A stretch of DNA of 59,571 nt, counting the filler. It is 4 parts of 4 records of this genome, joined end to end, with 100 filler letters (N's around TTAATTAATTAA, not from the genome) between each part and the next. Parts side by side here need not be neighbours in the genome. Positions count along the whole stretch, not along the records: positions 1 to 21,566 come from SRR31156797_1891; 3 more parts are not named here. One strand, written 5' to 3'. Under the pieces are notes generated by a model. The model was not told the DNA's origin, did not search any database, and was given only the letters and a program-made list of their open reading frames with translations. Position numbers and translations under genes: made by a program. Below, piece by piece: positions 1-10,538 of the stretch. Position 1 is the stretch's first letter, and the number at the start of each line of letters is the position of its first letter.

Positions 1-2028
1 TTCCTCAGTCAATGCAGCCTGCTGCTCTTTAGTAGCGGCAAGTTCTTCTTCCGCGCCTGCTGCCTGTTCTTTGGCAGTTGTGAGTTCTTCATTAACCGTA
101 GCCAGTTGCGCTGTCTGCTGTTCTAAGGCAGCTGAGAGTTCAATGTTTATCGCTGAGCTTTCTTCAAATTGGGCTTTGAATGCGGTAAGTGTTTCAATTT
201 GGGCGGCAGATTCTGCGAGAGCAGACTCTTTAGCTGTAATTGATTCTGCATGTAATGCAGCCGCATTCTCAAGCTCTAGGATCTGCCCTTGGAGTAGGGA
301 TAGGGTTTCAAGCTGGGTGGTTGCATCGGCTATGGCAGTATCTCTTTCTTCCAAGGTCGCCTGCAATGTCTGGTTTTGCAGCTGTAATTCTTCTACTTGA
401 CCAATTGTTGCTGTTAAGGTTTCTTTTTCTGCTTCCAGTGCAGTAATAGCGGCTGTTGCCTCTTCCAATTGAAGTTTAATCCCATCAAATGCCTCCTGAT
501 CGACAAGCATGTTGTCTACTTGACCAGCAAGAGTAAGGTTCTTTTCTTTGAGGGCTGTGAAATTAGTGGTCATTTCTTGGAGCTGTGTTTCCAGTTCCTC
601 AGACGCGGTAGCCTGTGCTGCAAGTTTCTCCTGTAGAGAAGCGACTGTCTCGTTGACGCTGTTTAATTGTTCCTGGTTTTCTGTCAACGAAGTCTCGGCA
701 AGAATAATTGCTGATTCTAATTCGACAATCTTATCTTGAGCTTCTTTGTAGGTTTGTGCTGCTTGCTCTAATTCTTCTTGAGCTGCATCGTTTGCCTCAG
801 TGAGCACAGTTATTTTTACTGTGTCTTCCTGGCGTTTGGCTTCAGTCTGTTCTAGCAGTTCAATTGAGGCTGCAAATTCATCATTTTTAGTAGAAAGTTC
901 AGACTGTAAACCAGCAGCCTTTTCCTGCAAGGTTGCAATTTCAGTAGTTTGTTCACTGTTTACCAGTAAAAGAGCATCAAGCTCCTGGGCTTTATTGTTA
1001 AGCGCCTTTTGCAGGGACTCGCCTTCGCTGAGTGCTGCGGCAAGAGCTGCTTCTTTTTCATCAATAAATATTTGCAGGCTTGTTACCTGTTCTTCGAAAG
1101 GGAGAAGAGATTTTTCTTTTTCCTGTCCAAAGCGAAACATCGCCTCTGCCTTAAGATCCGCTTTTTTAAGGTTGTTGCGGGCAATGGCAAGTTGGGAGGT
1201 GGCATCAGTGAATTTTGCTTTGAGGCGACCTATCTCAACAGTCTGTGCTTGAATCTGATCTTGAAGCTGGGCAAGCTGTTCCTCATTTTCCTGAACTATT
1301 TTGTCAGACTTAGTGCTTGTCAGCTCCGAGTCAACCAATGCTGCCTTGAGTTGTTGAATAGCAGCATTAGCTGTTTCATATCTCTTTAAGAGATCTTTGT
1401 TCTTATTGGCAAGGGCTACTATCCGATCATTGGCAGCGCCAACGGCCTTCTCGTTTTCCTGTAAGGCCAACTGAGCAGCTACTAGTTCCTGGGCAGTGGC
1501 TTTGTTCTTCGCAAGTTCAGTGTTGAGTGTTTGCTTACCTTTGCGCAACGCAATGATCGCAGCATTGGCTTGTTCGGTCTGCCTCTGTAGCTCCCGGTAC
1601 TTATTGGCTACAGTCTCCTGTGCTTCAAGTAAACTGAGAATCTGTAATTCTTTTTGAGCAAGTTCGTCGCTGAGTTTTTTTTGACTGGCGACGACGGCCA
1701 TGTCAGCCTGTTGTTCTTCAGGTTCAGCGGCTGGCGTTTCAGTGCCCTTTTCATGCTCTTTTACTGCGGCTGCAGTCTGAGCTTTCTGAGCATTGGCGGT
1801 AGGCTCTTCTTGAACACCAGAGTGAGCCGGAGCCTGCTCTTCCGTGTGTTGATCCGATGCCGCAATGGTATCAGTTTGATGTTGGTCCGCGAGCTGTGCA
1901 TGCTCCACCTGGGTTGCTGCATGTTCGCTTGATGAGGGGTTGTTTCTTTTCAGCTCGCCGTGGTATTTGGCGACCATGACGTAAACAACAATACCAACTA
2001 CTGTCAGGATAATCGTACGTGTTTTCAT
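1..2028 (-). CDS. Membrane-anchored long coiled-coil protein, partial (3' end runs off the window)
   Basis: Absent from the ORF track because no stop falls in the window. ATG at 2028 reads MKTRTIILTVVGIVVYVMVAKYHGELKR (N-terminal TM anchor), then a Q/E/A/H-rich linker and Ala/Glu/Gln/Lys heptad-like sequence. The frame appears open to position 1 (676 codons). The + strand ORFs here are its antisense shadows. Confidence 0.8.
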   Translation of the reverse strand, partial: MKTRTIILTVVGIVVYVMVAKYHGELKRNNPSSSEHAATQVEHAQLADQHQTDTIAASDQHTEEQAPAHSGVQEEPTANAQKAQTAAAVKEHEKGTETPAAEPEEQQADMAVVASQKKLSDELAQKELQILSLLEAQETVANKYRELQRQTEQANAAIIALRKGKQTLNTELAKNKATAQELVAAQLALQENEKAVGAANDRIVALANKNKDLLKRYETANAAIQQLKAALVDSELTSTKSDKIVQENEEQLAQLQDQIQAQTVEIGRLKAKFTDATSQLAIARNNLKKADLKAEAMFRFGQEKEKSLLPFEEQVTSLQIFIDEKEAALAAALSEGESLQKALNNKAQELDALLLVNSEQTTEIATLQEKAAGLQSELSTKNDEFAASIELLEQTEAKRQEDTVKITVLTEANDAAQEELEQAAQTYKEAQDKIVELESAIILAETSLTENQEQLNSVNETVASLQEKLAAQATASEELETQLQEMTTNFTALKEKNLTLAGQVDNMLVDQEAFDGIKLQLEEATAAITALEAEKETLTATIGQVEELQLQNQTLQATLEERDTAIADATTQLETLSLLQGQILELENAAALHAESITAKESALAESAAQIETLTAFKAQFEESSAINIELSAALEQQTAQLATVNEELTTAKEQAAGAEEELAATKEQQAALTEE

Positions 2029-2073
2029 AGGCCTTTTCAGTTACGGGTTTAATTCAGTTAATACCAAAGGTGA

Positions 2074-4014
2074 TCAACATGGTTTAAGAATCAGTGTTGT
2101 CAAGGGCGGCAGGGTGAGAGTTAAAGAATTCTCAAGGCTGTGACAGGCCTCAGGACTTGAGTGTAATTCCTGAGAGTTGGAAAGATCACTACCATTATAA
2201 ATGCCCAAATCGGAATTGATGAGTTCCGAATAACGTCCTGGTTTGGGAACGCCGATTCTGTATTGGGTGCGAACAACAGGAGTAAAATTACAGATAATAA
2301 TGAGAAAGTCATCAGGATTCTTTGCAAATCGGACAAAAGATAACACGGAGTTGTCAGAATCGTTGGCATCAACCCATGAAAAACCAGTCCAATCAAAATC
2401 TTGTTCATGCAAAGCTGGCTCATTTTGATAAACCAAATTTAAATCTCTCATAAATCTGTGAACACCAGTGTGCTGAGGAGCATCAAGTGCCTGCCATTCT
2501 AGGCCTTTATCGTAGTTCCACTCCTGGCGCTGGCCAAATTCGCTTCCCATAAAAAGCAATTTTTTCCCAGGGTATCCCCACATAAAGCCATAATAGGCTC
2601 GAAGTCCTGCAAATTGCTGCCAATCATCACCGGGCATTTTTGCGAGCAAAGAACTTTTACCGTGGACAACTTCATCATGACTGATGGGTAAAATGAAATT
2701 TTCATGGAAGGCGTAAAGCATTCCAAAAGTCATTCGATTGTGATGGTATTTTCTATAGAGGGGATCCGTAGCCATATACTCAAGGGTGTCATGCATCCAG
2801 CCCATGTTCCATTTGAGGCTAAAACCAAGACCACCGAGGTAGGTAGGGCGTGATACCATTGGCCAGGATGTTGACTCTTCAGCAATGGTCAATATACCAG
2901 GGAACACACCATGGACGACTTCGTTGGTTTTTTTAAGGAAATGAATGGCGTCGAGATTCTCCCTCCCTCCGTATTCGTTGGGAATCCATTGATCATCGTC
3001 ACGTGAGTAATCTAGGTAGAGCATGGAGGCAACTGCATCGACACGGAGACCGTCAATATGATATTTATCTAGCCAGAACAGGGCATTGGATATAAGGAAT
3101 GAACGAACTTCATTTCTACTGTAGTTAAAAATCAACGTACCCCAATCTTGGTGTTCTCCCTGGTAAGGATGCTGGTGGGAGTAGAGATGTGTTCCGTCAA
3201 AAAAATTGAGTCCTGCGCCATCTTTGGGGAAATGTGCCGGTACCCAGTCAAGGATAACGCCTAGATCTGCCTGATGGCATTGATCTATAAAAAACATGAA
3301 GTCTTCAGGGGTGCCAAAGCGTGATGTTGGGGCAAAAAAGCCAAGTACCTGATAGCCCCATGATCCATCGTAAGGATATTCAGCAATAGGGAGAATTTCA
3401 ATATGGGTAAATCCTAAGTCTTTGACGTATGGAATGAGCTGCTCAGCTAATTCACGATAAGTAAGAAATCTGGTGCCATATTTTTTATCAGCAGGTTTAC
3501 GCCATGAACCAAGTTGTACTTCGTAGATTGAAATAGGTCTGTCGAGATTTTGTGCCTGTTGCCTAGATTGCATCCAGTGTGAATCCTTCCACTGGTATTT
3601 ATCCAGATTTACAACAACTGACCCTGTTTTAGGGCGTTCCTCCATGGCAAAGCCATAAGGGTCAGATTTGTCAAAATTCTGAAGGTCCTGGCTCGTTATA
3701 TGAAATTTGTAGACAGTGTATTCTTTTAAACTAGGGATAAACAGGCTCCATATTCCGGAGTCTGATGAATGCATAATATGGGTTGTACTTTCCCAGTTAT
3801 TAAAATCTCCAATAACAGAGACACTTTTGGCATTGGGAGCCCATACTGCAAAAACAACGCCTTGCTCTTCATCTGTAGCTATCAGATGGGCACCCAGTTT
3901 TTCATAGACTTTTTCGTGGGTACCCTCAGCTATTAAATGGGTATCGAAATGTGTAAGCCATTTGCGAGGTACAGGTTTGCCGGTGGGATATGTTGTGCTC
4001 ATTTGTACAGGCAC
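2074..4014 (-). CDS. glgB: 1,4-alpha-glucan branching enzyme (GH13)
   Basis: FAVWAPNA (CBM48), [25 protein letters not shown] (nucleophile), [14 protein letters not shown]. Exact start uncertain (GTG 4014 or a nearby ATG). Confidence 0.96.
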   Translation of the reverse strand: MPVQMSTTYPTGKPVPRKWLTHFDTHLIAEGTHEKVYEKLGAHLIATDEEQGVVFAVWAPNAKSVSVIGDFNNWESTTHIMHSSDSGIWSLFIPSLKEYTVYKFHITSQDLQNFDKSDPYGFAMEERPKTGSVVVNLDKYQWKDSHWMQSRQQAQNLDRPISIYEVQLGSWRKPADKKYGTRFLTYRELAEQLIPYVKDLGFTHIEILPIAEYPYDGSWGYQVLGFFAPTSRFGTPEDFMFFIDQCHQADLGVILDWVPAHFPKDGAGLNFFDGTHLYSHQHPYQGEHQDWGTLIFNYSRNEVRSFLISNALFWLDKYHIDGLRVDAVASMLYLDYSRDDDQWIPNEYGGRENLDAIHFLKKTNEVVHGVFPGILTIAEESTSWPMVSRPTYLGGLGFSLKWNMGWMHDTLEYMATDPLYRKYHHNRMTFGMLYAFHENFILPISHDEVVHGKSSLLAKMPGDDWQQFAGLRAYYGFMWGYPGKKLLFMGSEFGQRQEWNYDKGLEWQALDAPQHTGVHRFMRDLNLVYQNEPALHEQDFDWTGFSWVDANDSDNSVLSFVRFAKNPDDFLIIICNFTPVVRTQYRIGVPKPGRYSELINSDLGIYNGSDLSNSQELHSSPEACHSLENSLTLTLPPLTTLILKPC

Positions 4015-4476
4015 CTAGCCTTTGAAAAATGTTTTTTGATGCAGGATAATTTATTGGGTTGTGATAAGTTACCATACGCATTGAATTATCATTAATGTAC
4101 TACCATTTTGTTTTCAAATCGTCCATCACGATTAGCCTGTGTTGAAAAATATTCGCAATGGCCAAAAACATCAATGAATGCAAGACGGTGAGGTTAGGTT
4201 GGGAAGGAAGTGATGGAAAAGTTGATATTTAGAAATCTCATCAAAGCGGCCAAAAAATAGGTGTGCGAAATGTGCAATTATGAGGGGGTGTTATGGTGCA
4301 TTTTCACTGCTGGCCGCACTTTGGCTCCCTGCTTTCGGGGTATGGTCAAGGGAGTTTGCCGTCAATCATGATTTGAAACAGAATGACCAGCGGAGAGTTT
4401 GCACAATTTGCACATGTTCGACGTGGCGTGTTGTATTGCCAGGTCGGGCCTATTTTCTTTTAATAATTGTTTTTTC

Positions 4477-4505
4477 TTGACAGATCGCAAGAGTGTCGTT
4501 AATGA
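4477..4505 (+). promoter_or_regulatory. Candidate sigma70 promoter of the nuo operon
   Basis: Perfect TTGACA at 4477-4482 and a weak -10 (GTTAAT/TAATGA) near 4498-4505, about 100 nt upstream of nuoA. Confidence 0.4.
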
Positions 4506-4603
4506 ATAGCGGTTCATTTTTTTTCTTTTTTAGTCCAACAATTGAAGCTGTTTATAGCTCAAGCGGCTGGAAATTACTTAATCAGAGTTGAGAGGTTGAA
4601 GCG

Positions 4604-4963
4604 ATGACAACTGAACTGGTTCTCTCGGCAATTGCTCTCATAGGGATTGCCGTTTTTATCCCGCTATTCATGGTCTCAATGACTGTGTTAGGGCCACGTG
4701 CTAAAGGCGAGATAAAGAACGATCCGTATGAAAGCGGTATCAAACGCATGATCGGACTGGCTGAACAAAAGTTCAGCGTCAAGTTCTATCTACTAGCGAT
4801 TCTTTTTCTCCTGTTCGACATAGAAGCAGTGTTCATGTATCCGTGGGCCGTCAGCGTTCGTGAACTGGGATGGTTTGGTTTCACGGAAATGTTGGTCTTT
4901 ATGGTGCTGCTCCTGACAGGGCTCATTTACATCTTAAAGAAAGGGGTGCTCAATTGGCGTTAG
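4604..4963 (+). CDS. nuoA: NADH-quinone oxidoreductase subunit A
   Basis: PYESG loop, [18 protein letters not shown] motif, 3 TM; GAGG RBS. Confidence 0.96.
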   Translation: MTTELVLSAIALIGIAVFIPLFMVSMTVLGPRAKGEIKNDPYESGIKRMIGLAEQKFSVKFYLLAILFLLFDIEAVFMYPWAVSVRELGWFGFTEMLVFMVLLLTGLIYILKKGVLNWR

Positions 4964-5466
4964 GATTAGAAGCAAAACTGGGCGATTCAGTACTGACAAC
5001 ACAGTTGGATGTAGTTGTCAACTGGGGCCGACAGTATTCATTATGGCCTATGGTTTTTGGAACAGCCTGCTGCGCCATCGAGTTTATGAGTGCTGCAGCC
5101 AGTCAGCATGATATTTCTAGGTGGGGCGCTGAGGTTGTTCGATTCTCACCAAGACAGGCTGATCTTATGCTTGTTTGCGGGACTATCAGTTATAAGCAGG
5201 CTCCAATTTTAAAAAGGATCTACGAACAGATGCCCGAACCCAAGTGGGTTGTTGCAATGGGTGCATGTGCAAGTTCCGGTGGCGTCTATGACAATTACTG
5301 TACTGTGCAGGGTATTGATAAAATTATCCCTGTCGATGTGTACATTTCAGGATGCCCTCCACGGCCAGAGGCGGTTCTTGATGCTCTTATGAAGATTCAG
5401 GACCAAATCAAAGGCGAAAGTGTACTGGATGATCGCCATAAAGATTTTAAAGGGATTCTTGACTGA
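4954..5466 (+). CDS. nuoB: NADH-quinone oxidoreductase subunit B
   Basis: [10 protein letters not shown] (N2 tandem Cys), [23 protein letters not shown]. Probable TTG start at 4954 ([11 protein letters not shown]) after AAGGGG, overlapping the nuoA stop. Confidence 0.95.
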   Translation: MALGLEAKLGDSVLTTQLDVVVNWGRQYSLWPMVFGTACCAIEFMSAAASQHDISRWGAEVVRFSPRQADLMLVCGTISYKQAPILKRIYEQMPEPKWVVAMGACASSGGVYDNYCTVQGIDKIIPVDVYISGCPPRPEAVLDALMKIQDQIKGESVLDDRHKDFKGILD

Positions 5467-5467
5467 T

Positions 5468-7183
5468 ATGAATACGACGGCACTGGAACTCATTCAGGGG
5501 GCCTTTCCGGAACTTCCCTGCGAAACGAGCATCGATTCGGTAGTCCTTACAGTACAGCCTGAAGAGCTGGAAAAAACATTGACTAAGCTGAAAAAGGATC
5601 CAGCTCTGGATTTTGGCCTGCTTCTTGATGTCACTGCAATAGATTATTCGGACTATCCGCAAAAAACAGACTCCAGATTCTACGTGGTCTATACCATCAG
5701 AAATTGGAAAGAAAATGTAGTTGTACAGGTTCGCACTCCTGTTAGTGATCCTGTGGTTGGCCTCCCTACAGCCAGTCACATCTGGGATTCTGCTAACTGG
5801 GGTGAAAGGGAAACCTATGACCAGTACGGTATAAACTTCCAGGGGCATCCTGATTTGCGCCGAGTTCTCAATCATTGGCAGTTTGAAGGTCACCCGTTGA
5901 GAAAAGATTACAAGATAGACAATCGCCAAGTCTGTTACGAATCTGATAGCCTGGAAAAAGAAATTAAGGCAAGACTTGCAACCAAAGGTATTGATGACTT
6001 GACACTCAAGGATATTAATACCGAAATAATGTTTCTCAACATTGGACCTGCACATCCTGCAACACACGGTGCAATTCGTATTCTTTCAGCCCTTGATGGT
6101 GAGACCATTGTCGCCAATGTTAATGAAATTGGTTATCTCCATCGGGGTTTTGAAAAGAATGCTGAAAATATGACCTATAATCAGATAATTCCTCTGACAG
6201 ACAGACTCAATTACTGTTCCTCTATGATGAACAATGTTGCGTTTGCGAAGGCAGTCGAATCCTGGATGGGAATAGAGATAACAGAAAGAGCGCAATTCAT
6301 GAGAGTGATACTCTCAGAATTTTATAGAGCTCTCGATCATCTCGTATGTCTTGCTGCGCTTTTTGTTGATATGGGAGGTTTGACTAACTACTGGTACCTG
6401 TATAACGAAAAGGAAGCTGCTTATGACCTTATCAGCAGACTCTGCGGAGCACGATTAACCAGTTCTTTTACACGGATTGGCGGTATGTATCGTGACTTCT
6501 ACGAAGGCTGGGAAGTGGATTTGGAAAATCAGCTTAAGGGTATTGAAAAGGGGGTTGCAGATTCCCTGGCTTTGGTTGCTAAAAACCGAATCGTTCATGA
6601 TCGATCACAAAATGTTTGTTGTTTGGCACCTGAGACTGCACTTTCTTACGGATTCACGGGGCCTAATCTACGGGCTTCCGGTGTTCCTTTCGATCTTCGT
6701 AAAGATAGTCCGTACTACAATTATGATGCTTTTGATTTCTCTGTTCCTGTTGGTACTAACGGAGATATTTATGATCGTATTATGGTTCGTTTCGAGGAGA
6801 TATTCCAGAGTATTTCCATCGTTCGTCAGGCCATGAAAATGATCCCTAAAGGACCTGTTAACGTCAGTGATAATCAAGTCAGTTTGCCCGAAAAAGATAA
6901 AGTGTATGGCAATATTGAAGGACTTGCCGGACACTTTAAACTTATTTTTGAAGGCGTGAAAACGCCGGTTGGCGAGTGGTATGATTCTTTTGAGGCAGCC
7001 AACGGAGAACTTGGTTTTCATTTTGTGTCTGACGGCTCAGGGAAACCTTATAAATGTAAGGTTCGGCCACCATGTTTTTATACAATGGGTGGATTCCATG
7101 AAATGGTTGAAGGTGAAATGATTGCCGATGCGGTTATCAATCTGAGTAGCATCAATATTATCGGTGGAGAGTTGGACAGATGA
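5468..7183 (+). CDS. nuoCD: NADH-quinone oxidoreductase fused subunit C/D
   Basis: NuoC part (ANWGERETYDQYGINFQGHPDLRR, GHPLRKDY) is continuous with NuoD part (NIGPAHPATHG, GYLHRGFEK, DRLNY, C-terminal GELDR). ATG at 5468. Confidence 0.96.
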   Translation: MNTTALELIQGAFPELPCETSIDSVVLTVQPEELEKTLTKLKKDPALDFGLLLDVTAIDYSDYPQKTDSRFYVVYTIRNWKENVVVQVRTPVSDPVVGLPTASHIWDSANWGERETYDQYGINFQGHPDLRRVLNHWQFEGHPLRKDYKIDNRQVCYESDSLEKEIKARLATKGIDDLTLKDINTEIMFLNIGPAHPATHGAIRILSALDGETIVANVNEIGYLHRGFEKNAENMTYNQIIPLTDRLNYCSSMMNNVAFAKAVESWMGIEITERAQFMRVILSEFYRALDHLVCLAALFVDMGGLTNYWYLYNEKEAAYDLISRLCGARLTSSFTRIGGMYRDFYEGWEVDLENQLKGIEKGVADSLALVAKNRIVHDRSQNVCCLAPETALSYGFTGPNLRASGVPFDLRKDSPYYNYDAFDFSVPVGTNGDIYDRIMVRFEEIFQSISIVRQAMKMIPKGPVNVSDNQVSLPEKDKVYGNIEGLAGHFKLIFEGVKTPVGEWYDSFEAANGELGFHFVSDGSGKPYKCKVRPPCFYTMGGFHEMVEGEMIADAVINLSSINIIGGELDR

Positions 7184-7686
7184 GCGATAGATCACAATTA
7201 ATTGAAACTGGAACGCCGTTTCAGTTTGATGCTGAACGAGATGCTGAATTTGAAAGGCTCGTCAAGCGCTATCCAACTCGTGAATCAATGATACTCCCTG
7301 CCCTTTGGTTGGCCCAGGAACAGGAAGGCTGGATAAGCGCTGAAGCCATTGGTTACATTGCAGACAGAATTGGTACATTTGCCAGTAAGGTATTTGAGGT
7401 GGCAACATTTTATACAATGTACAACCTCCATCCTGTTGGCGAATATCATATCTGTGTTTGTAGGACACTCTCCTGCTACCTTCTCGGAAAGCAGCAGATA
7501 GTTGACTATCTTGATCAGGAACTTGGGATCAAACCAGGTGACGTCAGTAAGGATGGGAAATTCAGCCTTGAAGAAGTTGAATGTCTCGGCCATTGCGGAA
7601 CCGCTCCTGTAGTACAGGTCAACGGTGAGTTCCACGAGGATATGGACGTGGAAAAAATGAAGGCACTTTTGGCCACCCTGAAATAG
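7180..7686 (+). CDS. nuoE: NADH-quinone oxidoreductase subunit E
   Basis: VATFYTMY, CRTLSC...VECLGHC (2Fe-2S N1a); ATGA overlap with nuoCD. Confidence 0.95.
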   Translation: MSDRSQLIETGTPFQFDAERDAEFERLVKRYPTRESMILPALWLAQEQEGWISAEAIGYIADRIGTFASKVFEVATFYTMYNLHPVGEYHICVCRTLSCYLLGKQQIVDYLDQELGIKPGDVSKDGKFSLEEVECLGHCGTAPVVQVNGEFHEDMDVEKMKALLATLK

Positions 7687-7698
7687 GAGAGCACAGTT

Positions 7699-8943
7699 AT
7701 GGAAGTAAAACTACTCAGTGCCAGATTCGATATAGAAGATTGTAATAAAATTGAAGTGGCACTCAAAAATGGAGCCTATTCTGTACTGGATAAAGCATTC
7801 GGTATGGAACCCGGCGAGGTAACAGACGAGGTCAAAAACAGTGGCCTTCGTGGTCGTGGTGGTGCAGGTTTTCCAACTGGGCTTAAATGGACCTTTTTGC
7901 CCAAGGATAACGATAAACCTGTATACCTTGCTGTCAACTCAGATGAATCGGAGCCCGCTACTTTCAAGGATAGGTATATTCTTGTTAAAGATCCGCACAT
8001 GTTGATCGAAGGTATCATTATCAGTTGTTATGCCATCGGCAGTCATGACGCGTATATTTATATCCGTGGCGAATACACTACTCAGGTAAAGGTGCTTCAG
8101 GCTGCGATCGATGAAGCTTATGAAGCAGGTTACCTTGGAGAGAAAGCTGCGGGTAGAGATTACCGGGTTGACGTTACAGTCCATAGAGGAGCAGGCGCTT
8201 ATATCTGTGGTGAGGAAACTGCACTTCTTGAATCCATTGAAGGTAAAAAAGGACAACCGAGAAGTAAACCACCATTTCCTGCCGTTGAAGGTCTTTATGG
8301 TTGTCCCACCATTATCAATAATGTGCAGAGTATTGCTTCTGTACCTTATATTGTTTCTAACGGTGCTGACGCATATAAAGCTTATGGTACTGAAAAAAGT
8401 CCAGGTACTCATCTTTTTGGTATATCAGGACTTGTTGAAAAGCCAGGCATGTACGAATTACCCCTCGGTCTGCCGATTTTAGAGGTAATTGAAAAGGTTG
8501 CTGGTGGTGTAAAGGGTGGCAAAAAGCTAAAGGCAGTTATTCCAGGAGGAAGTTCAACCCCTGTGCTTTTACCTGAAGAGTTAAAAACTGTCACCATGGA
8601 CTATGAGTCAATGGCTGAGCATAAAACCATGTTCGGCTCCGGTGGTGTAGTTGTTCTCGATGAAGACGTTGATGTTGTAAAACTTGTAAAGAACCTAATA
8701 GATTTTTATCATCATGAAAGTTGCGGCCAATGCACACCTTGTCGTGAAGGGCTTGGTTGGATGCTCAAGATCATTAAAAAGATTATCAGTGGTGATGGCA
8801 CTATTGACGACGTCAATTTGATCAGAGAACTTTGTGACAACATTGAAATGAAAACTGTATGCGTGCTGTCGGCAGCATGTACCATGCCTGTGCGGGCCTT
8901 TTTAGACAAGTTCCGGCATGAATTCGAAGCCTATGTTCAATAA
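7699..8943 (+). CDS. nuoF: NADH-quinone oxidoreductase subunit F
   Basis: GLRGRGGAGFPTGLKW, GAGAYICGEETAL, ESCGQCTPCREG (N3). Confidence 0.97.
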   Translation: MEVKLLSARFDIEDCNKIEVALKNGAYSVLDKAFGMEPGEVTDEVKNSGLRGRGGAGFPTGLKWTFLPKDNDKPVYLAVNSDESEPATFKDRYILVKDPHMLIEGIIISCYAIGSHDAYIYIRGEYTTQVKVLQAAIDEAYEAGYLGEKAAGRDYRVDVTVHRGAGAYICGEETALLESIEGKKGQPRSKPPFPAVEGLYGCPTIINNVQSIASVPYIVSNGADAYKAYGTEKSPGTHLFGISGLVEKPGMYELPLGLPILEVIEKVAGGVKGGKKLKAVIPGGSSTPVLLPEELKTVTMDYESMAEHKTMFGSGGVVVLDEDVDVVKLVKNLIDFYHHESCGQCTPCREGLGWMLKIIKKIISGDGTIDDVNLIRELCDNIEMKTVCVLSAACTMPVRAFLDKFRHEFEAYVQ

Positions 8944-8988
8944 AAGTCTTCAATGTCAAAGCAATGCAATAGGGATAGGTAAAGAACC

Positions 8989-10527
8989 ATGGCAGAAATG
9001 GTAAAACTGTCCGTTAATGGACAGGAAGTTGAAGTGGAGGCTGGGAAAAACCTGATCGACGCTGTAGGCGCCGTTGGCATAGAAATTCCCCATCTATGCT
9101 ATCATCCTGCTCTCGGTGCAGACGGCAACTGCCGTATGTGTCTGGTAGGAATCGAAGATGGTAGACCTCCTTTGGTACCTGCATGCAAAACTCCGGCAGC
9201 TGAGGGGATGAAAGTGCAGCTTGACGCTGAAAATATAAAAAAGATTCAGCGTGATGTGATGGAGCTTGAACTTATTAACCATCCAACAGATTGTCCAATC
9301 TGTGATCAGGCTGGGGAGTGTGCACTTCAGGATTATTATCAGAAATATGACGGTCAGGAAAGTCGTATGACTGTACCCCAGGTTAAAAAATCGAAAAAAC
9401 TCGATTTTGGCTGTGGTGTTGTTCATGACCAAGAACGCTGCATTCTTTGCGCACGCTGTGTTCGTTTTACCCGTCAAATTACAAAAACAGGTGAACTTGG
9501 CATTGTTAACAGAACAGATTATGCCAGAGTCACTACTTTTCCGGGTCGTCCTTTAGACAATAGATATGCGCTCAATGTTGTCGACCTTTGTCCTGTTGGC
9601 GCTATGACCAGTAGTGACTTTCGGTTTAAGCAGCGGGTTTGGTTTTTGTCGAGGGACAAAAGCGTTTGTCATGGCTGCAGCAAAGGGTGTAATATCTTTA
9701 TCGACCATAATAAAGAAAAGTATAAAGACGATATTATCTATCGATATAGGCCATATCAGAACGACCAGGTTAATGGTTACTTCATGTGTGATGAAGGCAG
9801 AATGACCTACAAAAAGGAAAATGAAGGTAGATTGACTATCGCGAAGGTTAATAATGCAGCCTCGATCATAAGTACTGCAGTGGATTCGCTTAATAACGCT
9901 GTTTCTAGTTCCAGTAAATCAGTCTTTCTTGTTTCTCCTAACTGCTCTTTGGAACAGATGTACGCCATTAAAAAGCTTGGTGAAACAAAAGGCGCAACTG
10001 TTTGCGGCTTCAGTGACGGTTATATCAAACAGGGTGATGGTGATGATATCCTCATCCAAGACGATAAATCAGCAAACAGGGCAGGGCTTGAATTACTCGG
10101 TATTGATACAAGTAAAGAAGCCTTCCAGGCAGCGATGAAGGATGCAGATCTCTTGGTTAACTTTAATAGCGATCTTACTAACAGCTTTGATGCAGCTTCA
10201 TTGGAAGAGTTACTTGCAAATTGTAAGTTTGCAATGGTTGCAACTACACAAGATGCACTCACCGAAAAAGCGGAAATCGCTATTCCGGTTGCGTCCTACT
10301 CCGAATACAGCGGTAGCGTAATTAATGCAGATAACATCCTGCAAATGTTTAACAAGGCGGTCGTTAAAAACGAGCCCTTTGATGATATAGTGAACATTGT
10401 CAGCCGAATTGGTGGTGATATCGAAGATAACACCGCAGCTTGGGCTGGAATGAAGGCGAGTGTTCCTACACTCAAGGATGTTGAACCTGAACAGATCCCT
10501 GAGCAGGGATTAGCACTAAATAGTTAA
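8989..10527 (+). CDS. nuoG: NADH-quinone oxidoreductase subunit G (short form)
   Basis: PHLCYHP..GNCRMC, HPTDCPICDQAGEC, RCILCARC..CPVGA, CHGCSKGC..MC; 512 aa; position within the operon. Confidence 0.92.
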   Translation: MAEMVKLSVNGQEVEVEAGKNLIDAVGAVGIEIPHLCYHPALGADGNCRMCLVGIEDGRPPLVPACKTPAAEGMKVQLDAENIKKIQRDVMELELINHPTDCPICDQAGECALQDYYQKYDGQESRMTVPQVKKSKKLDFGCGVVHDQERCILCARCVRFTRQITKTGELGIVNRTDYARVTTFPGRPLDNRYALNVVDLCPVGAMTSSDFRFKQRVWFLSRDKSVCHGCSKGCNIFIDHNKEKYKDDIIYRYRPYQNDQVNGYFMCDEGRMTYKKENEGRLTIAKVNNAASIISTAVDSLNNAVSSSSKSVFLVSPNCSLEQMYAIKKLGETKGATVCGFSDGYIKQGDGDDILIQDDKSANRAGLELLGIDTSKEAFQAAMKDADLLVNFNSDLTNSFDAASLEELLANCKFAMVATTQDALTEKAEIAIPVASYSEYSGSVINADNILQMFNKAVVKNEPFDDIVNIVSRIGGDIEDNTAAWAGMKASVPTLKDVEPEQIPEQGLALNS

Positions 10528-10538
10528 AGAGGGCTCTA

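Noticed and set aside
71..1932. Several + strand Ser/Ala/Leu-rich ORFs in the track
   Set aside because: They are antisense shadows of the long minus-strand coiled-coil gene.
4143..4159. Rex-like TTGAAAAATATTCGCAA
   Set aside because: Too many mismatches to TTGTGAA-N4-TTCACAA in an AT-rich background.
4424..4439. Sigma54-like TGGCGTG..TTGC upstream of nuoA
   Set aside because: Spacing is GG-N11-GC, whereas sigma54 requires N10.
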